Assembly: GCA_047601445.1 (NCBI GenBank)
Contig: JASGJH010000001.1
Coordinates: 480,001 to 544,000 of the forward strand
DNA length: 64,000 bases
Source of the DNA: Myxococcales bacterium
GTDB taxonomy: Bacteria > Myxococcota_A > Polyangia > Polyangiales > DASUME01
Direction: 5' to 3'
Numbering within the stretch: the first letter of the stretch is position 1; each line of letters begins with the position of its first letter. Under the pieces are notes generated by a model. That model ran no database searches and had not been told where the DNA came from. It saw only the letters and a list, made by a program, of their open reading frames with translations. The translations under genes were made by a program, and so were the position numbers. This document shows positions 60,144-64,000 of the stretch, piece by piece.

Positions 60144-60576
60144 CGAGTATAGGTCAGTCCCGTGAGAAGCCCGTTACACCGCCGCGATCACGTCACCTTG
60201 CGCTCAGAAGTGCTTGCCCAAGGTTGCGTCGCTCCACGCGACTGTCGCCAACGGGGAGAGCAAGGCGTGGGCCGCGCGGCGCGCAGTTTCGGGAGGACTG
60301 GATCGTTCCGCGTGCACGTGGCGTGATGCGACGTCCGAGCGGGATCCTGCACTCGCAGTGGAAAACGAGCGTGTCGCCCGATATCGAAAAGGGAATGCTG
60401 GTCGCCACGTGAAGTCGCGTGATGCACCAGTGCATGACGTACGAGTTTTGTTGCGTGACTCGCGATGCGCTTCGGCTCGCGGCATTGCGCCGCGCGAACC
60501 TTGCCGAAGCACGTCGGCCACGCGGACGCGGGTCCGCATGGCCGAACGTTTGGCTCGCGAGCTTCTCGCCGAGGAC

Positions 60577-60738
60577 TCAGTGGCTCTCGTCGACCTTGTC
60601 TTCGATGCGATCACCGACATCCTCGATCTTGTCGCCTACCTTCTCGGCGGGGGTCTTGCGCTGGCAGCCAGCAAAGCCCGCGAGCGCAAGCGACAGCACG
60701 AAGGTCGCGACACTGATCCGTGTGGCCGTGGGGGTCAT
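60577..60738 (-). CDS. Small (53 aa) lipoprotein
   Basis: RBS AAGGAGAG; lipobox FAGC; mature part QRKTPAEKVGDKIEDVGDRIEDKVDESH. Confidence 0.75.
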   Translation of the reverse strand: MTPTATRISVATFVLSLALAGFAGCQRKTPAEKVGDKIEDVGDRIEDKVDESH

Positions 60739-60799
60739 GCTCTTGCTCTCCTTTTGCACACGCGATGGTGACGTTCGTGTGTGTGCGACCACGAGCTAG

Positions 60800-60815
60800 A
60801 GCAAGCTCCGAGCCA
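60800..60815 (-). promoter_or_regulatory. Putative sigma-54 promoter of the small lipoprotein gene
   Basis: Minus strand TGGCTCGGAGCTTGCT fits TGGC-N7-TTGC. Confidence 0.68.
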
Positions 60816-60965
60816 ACTCATTCGAAGACCCGTTTTCCCGCGAAATCATTACGTCGTTGGCCCCGGTCATGGGCAGCTCTGGACGCGAGCCTGGGCTGTG
60901 GCCAAATCGCACAGCGAGGCGTGTGGGCCGCGCTCCAGGCCTCGGACGGCGGCCTGTGGCTCAGA

Positions 60966-61862
60966 TCAGACCAGCTCGAACATCACGTTCCCCGCGTCCG
61001 CGTCGAGCTGAGCGAGCGAACCCAGGAGGAGCGGCATGTTCTCCGGCACGTGTCCCACGGGCGCGTTGGCGACGATGGGCACGCGCAGTTCGCTCAAGCG
61101 CTCGGCCAGCACGTGTTCCACGCTGGTTCCGTCCGGTCCCGGGTCGCACTGCGTGAACTGTCCGAGGATGACGCCTCGCACGCCGCGCAGGAAGCCGGCC
61201 TGCAGCATGTTGGTCAGCATGCGGTCGACGCGGTAGGGACGCTCCGTGATGTCCTCGAGCACGAGGATCGTATCGTCCATGGGCGGCGCGAAGGGCGTGC
61301 CTACCAGCGCTGCGAGCACGGTCAGATTGCCCCCGAATAGGCGCCCGCTGGCGCGGCCCGGGCTGACGGTACTGAGGCCTGCGAGGGGACGCGGGTCCTG
61401 CCCCTCGAGCAGGTCGAAGAAGGCGTCGCGCACCGCCATCGAGCCTTCGCCGAGCGAGCACACCATGGGACCGTGGATCGAGCAGAGGCCCGCCCGTGCC
61501 CACAGCGCATGCAGTGCCGTGACGTCGCTGAAGCCCACCAGCCATTTGTTGGCCGTGCGCACCTGACTGGCCTCGAGGGAGGGCAGAAGGCGGGTCGCTC
61601 CGTAGCCGCCGCGCGCCGCGATCAAGGCGTGCACCTGCGCTGTGTCGAGGCCGTGGCGTAGATCGGTGAGGCGCGCCCGGTCGTCGCCGGCCAGGAAGCC
61701 TTCACGGGCGAACAGCGCGTCGCCCTGTGAAACCTGGTAGCGATCCGTCAGGAACGGCAGACCTTGATCGAAGCGGGTCCGATCGAAGGGGCTGGACGGA
61801 GCCACGAGGTGGACGCGGGCGCCCGGCTGGAGCGCGGGAGGACGCGGGAAGGCGACGGCCAT
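60966..61862 (-). CDS. LD-carboxypeptidase (peptidase S66)
   Basis: ARGGYG, GFSDVT (Ser), GGNL, LEDI.E (Glu), VGH (His). Confidence 0.92.
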   Translation of the reverse strand: MAVAFPRPPALQPGARVHLVAPSSPFDRTRFDQGLPFLTDRYQVSQGDALFAREGFLAGDDRARLTDLRHGLDTAQVHALIAARGGYGATRLLPSLEASQVRTANKWLVGFSDVTALHALWARAGLCSIHGPMVCSLGEGSMAVRDAFFDLLEGQDPRPLAGLSTVSPGRASGRLFGGNLTVLAALVGTPFAPPMDDTILVLEDITERPYRVDRMLTNMLQAGFLRGVRGVILGQFTQCDPGPDGTSVEHVLAERLSELRVPIVANAPVGHVPENMPLLLGSLAQLDADAGNVMFELV

Positions 61863-61937
61863 GTCCGAAGCTTAATCCGACTCCGCCTTGGCGGGCGACG
61901 CATCTGCGCCCGAATCACCAGGAGCGAACGCGAACGC

Positions 61938-62747
61938 TCACTTGAGCTGGTCGAGCAAGACCTGGGCATTGGCTCTGCGGAACTCGCCGTAGGCGCCGCT
62001 TGCGAAGGGCAAGAGCGCTTCGCGCGCGGCGTCCCGCTGCCCGAGGCGCATCAGCGCGACACCACGGTTGTAGCGCGCTTCGATCGCCAAGGGGCCGCTC
62101 GATTCGGCGGCCAAGAAGGCGTCCCAAGCGGCCAGGGCAGCCTGGGGAGAGCCCCGATACTGGAGCTGATGGGCCGCCATGTAGAGGGCCTTGCGCTGCG
62201 CCACGCTGGCCGGCGTCGCGGAAGAGAGGGGCAGCTGCTCGGGGCTCGCGGGGAGCACCTCGACCGGAGCGGCTTCCGCGCCGACGCCCCGACGTCCTAC
62301 GGCCCCGCCACCGCGCGAGCCGGAAGGTCGCGTGCCCGTACTCGTGCTCGTGCCCGTGCCCGTACTCGTGCCCGTGCCCCTGCCCGTGCTCGTACCCGTA
62401 CTCGTGCCCGTGCCCGTACTCGTACTCGTACTCGTGCTGGGCGCCTCGGACCCTTCAAGGAGGACACGGTGTGTCGGCCGAACTGCCGGTGGAGCGCCGC
62501 GCTCGGAGCCGGTCTCGACGTACCAGGCAAACGCCGTGGACAACGTGAGCAGGGCCGCGACCAAGACCAGCGCATGGGTCCGCCGTCGAGTTCGGACGGC
62601 GCGTTCCTGCAAGCTGCGCTGGATCCGCTGGCGCGTCGCTTCGCCGTGATCCGGACTGGGCACACCCTGGCTGCGCATGAGACCGATCGCCGCCTGGAAG
62701 TCGGCGTCGAGTTCGGCGTCCGTGGGGGCCGAGGACGGGCTCTTCAT
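61938..62747 (-). CDS. Anti-sigma-like membrane protein with a Ser/Thr/Gly linker and a C-terminal TPR-like domain
   Basis: ATGA-coupled to the ECF sigma gene; one TM; AALAAWDAFL...EARYNRGVALMRLG. Confidence 0.72.
   Translation of the reverse strand: MKSPSSAPTDAELDADFQAAIGLMRSQGVPSPDHGEATRQRIQRSLQERAVRTRRRTHALVLVAALLTLSTAFAWYVETGSERGAPPAVRPTHRVLLEGSEAPSTSTSTSTGTGTSTGTSTGRGTGTSTGTGTSTSTGTRPSGSRGGGAVGRRGVGAEAAPVEVLPASPEQLPLSSATPASVAQRKALYMAAHQLQYRGSPQAALAAWDAFLAAESSGPLAIEARYNRGVALMRLGQRDAAREALLPFASGAYGEFRRANAQVLLDQLK
62331..62437 (-). repeat. Degenerate hexamer repeat encoding (S/G)T dipeptides
   Basis: About 18 units of C(C/T)CGT(G/A) on the + strand, translating as STSTSTSTGTGTSTGTSTGRGTGTSTGTGTSTSTGT. 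Confidence 0.9.
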
Positions 62748-63394
62748 CGCGCCTCCTCCCTCGTGAGCCGGGCCAGGCTCTTGCGCAGTTTCTTGCGCGC
62801 ATGAAAGCAGCGGGTTCGCACCGTGGCCTCGGGCACGTCGAGCAGCTGGGCCACCTCGAGCGCGCTGCGCTCTTCGAGCTCGCACAGTACGAACGCCGTG
62901 CGTTGCTCGAGCGACAACGCGTCCAGTGCCTCGTGAAGCCGCGCCATCCGTTCGCGCGCCGCGTGCTCGCCATCGAGCGACGGAACGGGCTCGCGCTCGG
63001 CTGCGAAGCGCATCAGCGCCGCCCGCTTGCGGCTGGCGCTGCGCACGTGTCGACTCGCCAGGTTCGCCGCCACGCCCACCAAAAAGCTGCGCAGGCTGCT
63101 CTGACCGCGGAACTTGCGCACCAGCTTCGGCACCTCCACGAACACGTCGTGCACCAGGTCCTCAGCGAGCGCCGTATCGCCCACCAGGCGTTGCGCGAAG
63201 GCACGCAGGACACCGTGATGCGCGCGGTACAGCTCGTCGATGGCCGCCGGTTCCGCGTTGCGCAGGCGCTCCACCAGGGCGAGCTCCAGCTCGCTCGCGC
63301 CCACCGACGCAGGCTGACTGGTCTTCGCCGCGAACAGTCGTGCCATGTGCGCCCGGAAGTCCAACTTGCCCATCGCGTAGCCAGTCGCCATCAT
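62744..63394 (-). CDS. ECF RNA polymerase sigma-70 factor
   Basis: AEDLVHDVF, FRGQSSL, EVAQLLDVPEATVRTRCFHAR. Confidence 0.9.
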   Translation of the reverse strand: MMATGYAMGKLDFRAHMARLFAAKTSQPASVGASELELALVERLRNAEPAAIDELYRAHHGVLRAFAQRLVGDTALAEDLVHDVFVEVPKLVRKFRGQSSLRSFLVGVAANLASRHVRSASRKRAALMRFAAEREPVPSLDGEHAARERMARLHEALDALSLEQRTAFVLCELEERSALEVAQLLDVPEATVRTRCFHARKKLRKSLARLTREEAR

Positions 63395-63421
63395 CCATGG
63401 ACCTCCGCGGCAAGGGAAGCT

Positions 63422-63997
63422 TCAGTAGTGAGCGCTCCACCGGAGACCAAGTGCAAACACCCCACCTTGCCTTGTCGGCAGAGCGAGCTGGGGGCTGAAC
63501 CCACGAAGCAGCTTCAGCTCGCGATCGATGGTGCGGGTCCTACGGCGTGCCCACACGATCTCTCTCATGGCCAGACCCAGCCACATTCCGCCCACACATC
63601 CGCCCGAAAAGCCGAGCCAATAAATGGCTTCATCCCGCGCTCGATCGGGGCAGGCGGCGGTATTGCCCAGCGTGCCATCGGCATCGCAGCCCGCCGTAGC
63701 GAACGCACCATAGGTGACCAAGCCGAGTGACGCGGCGATCGTCAGCGCCGATAACCCTGCCTGAATGCGAGGTCCCCGGCGATGAATCGCCGCTCGTTCG
63801 CGCTCGAGCTCGCTCACTCGTTTCGCGTTCAGCGCAAGCGCCCCCTGTAGGGGGCTTGGGTCGGGGGTGATCGCTGCATGTTGCTGATGGGGTTGCTTCG
63901 CGTCGGACTGCGGTGAGGACACGGGAGGACGAGAGCTGTGCGGCACGCAGCCCATCATCGAGAGCCACAGCAAGCACGCGCACGCCACGCGCCTCAA
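63422..63997 (-). CDS. Hypothetical lipoprotein/membrane protein at the window edge
   Basis: Signal with MMGC, two hydrophobic segments, terminal beta-hairpin-like FALGLRWSAHY; start uncertain. Confidence 0.5.
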   Translation of the reverse strand: MRRVACACLLWLSMMGCVPHSSRPPVSSPQSDAKQPHQQHAAITPDPSPLQGALALNAKRVSELERERAAIHRRGPRIQAGLSALTIAASLGLVTYGAFATAGCDADGTLGNTAACPDRARDEAIYWLGFSGGCVGGMWLGLAMREIVWARRRTRTIDRELKLLRGFSPQLALPTRQGGVFALGLRWSAHY

Positions 63998-64000
63998 AAC

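Noticed and set aside
60144..60576. ORFs or structured RNA between the ABC exporter and the small lipoprotein
   Set aside because: No convincing coding signal or recognisable motif

Overview
High-GC window that reads as a myxobacterial (Myxococcota, probably Polyangia-like) chromosome segment; this is inferred from MYXO-CTERM-like, MlpA-like and CglF-like genes, Ser/Thr kinases, ECF/anti-sigma pairs and sigma-54 promoters. 1-14.9 kb is a division/cell-wall cluster (ftsI-murE-murF-mraY-murD-ftsW-murG-murC-ftsQ-ftsA-ftsZ, with no murB or ddl). 21-38 kb is the most interesting block: a Ser/Thr kinase, a beta-barrel protein, a sensor-less sigma-54 activator plus an FHA/Zn-ribbon protein, and an Oar-like TonB-dependent transporter operon (oar-mlpA-tonB-exbB-exbD-exbD) bracketed by a surface metalloprotease and a subtilase. 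It ends with a 1.15 kb intergenic region rich in TGTTGC-N7-GCAACA-type sites between two divergent sigma-54-like promoters, one of which drives a (NGLPKG)5-repeat, Cys-rich lipoprotein. 38-64 kb is mixed: a headless CCA-enzyme-like HD protein, two ECF sigma/anti-sigma loci (one with an orphan CglF-like gene), glucokinase, a lactonase, a desaturase, cystathionine beta-synthase, ABC systems and an LD-carboxypeptidase. Three genes carry single-base insertions that look like sequencing errors. No rRNA, tRNA, CRISPR array or mobile element was recognised. All family calls come from motif recognition by eye; no database search was run.
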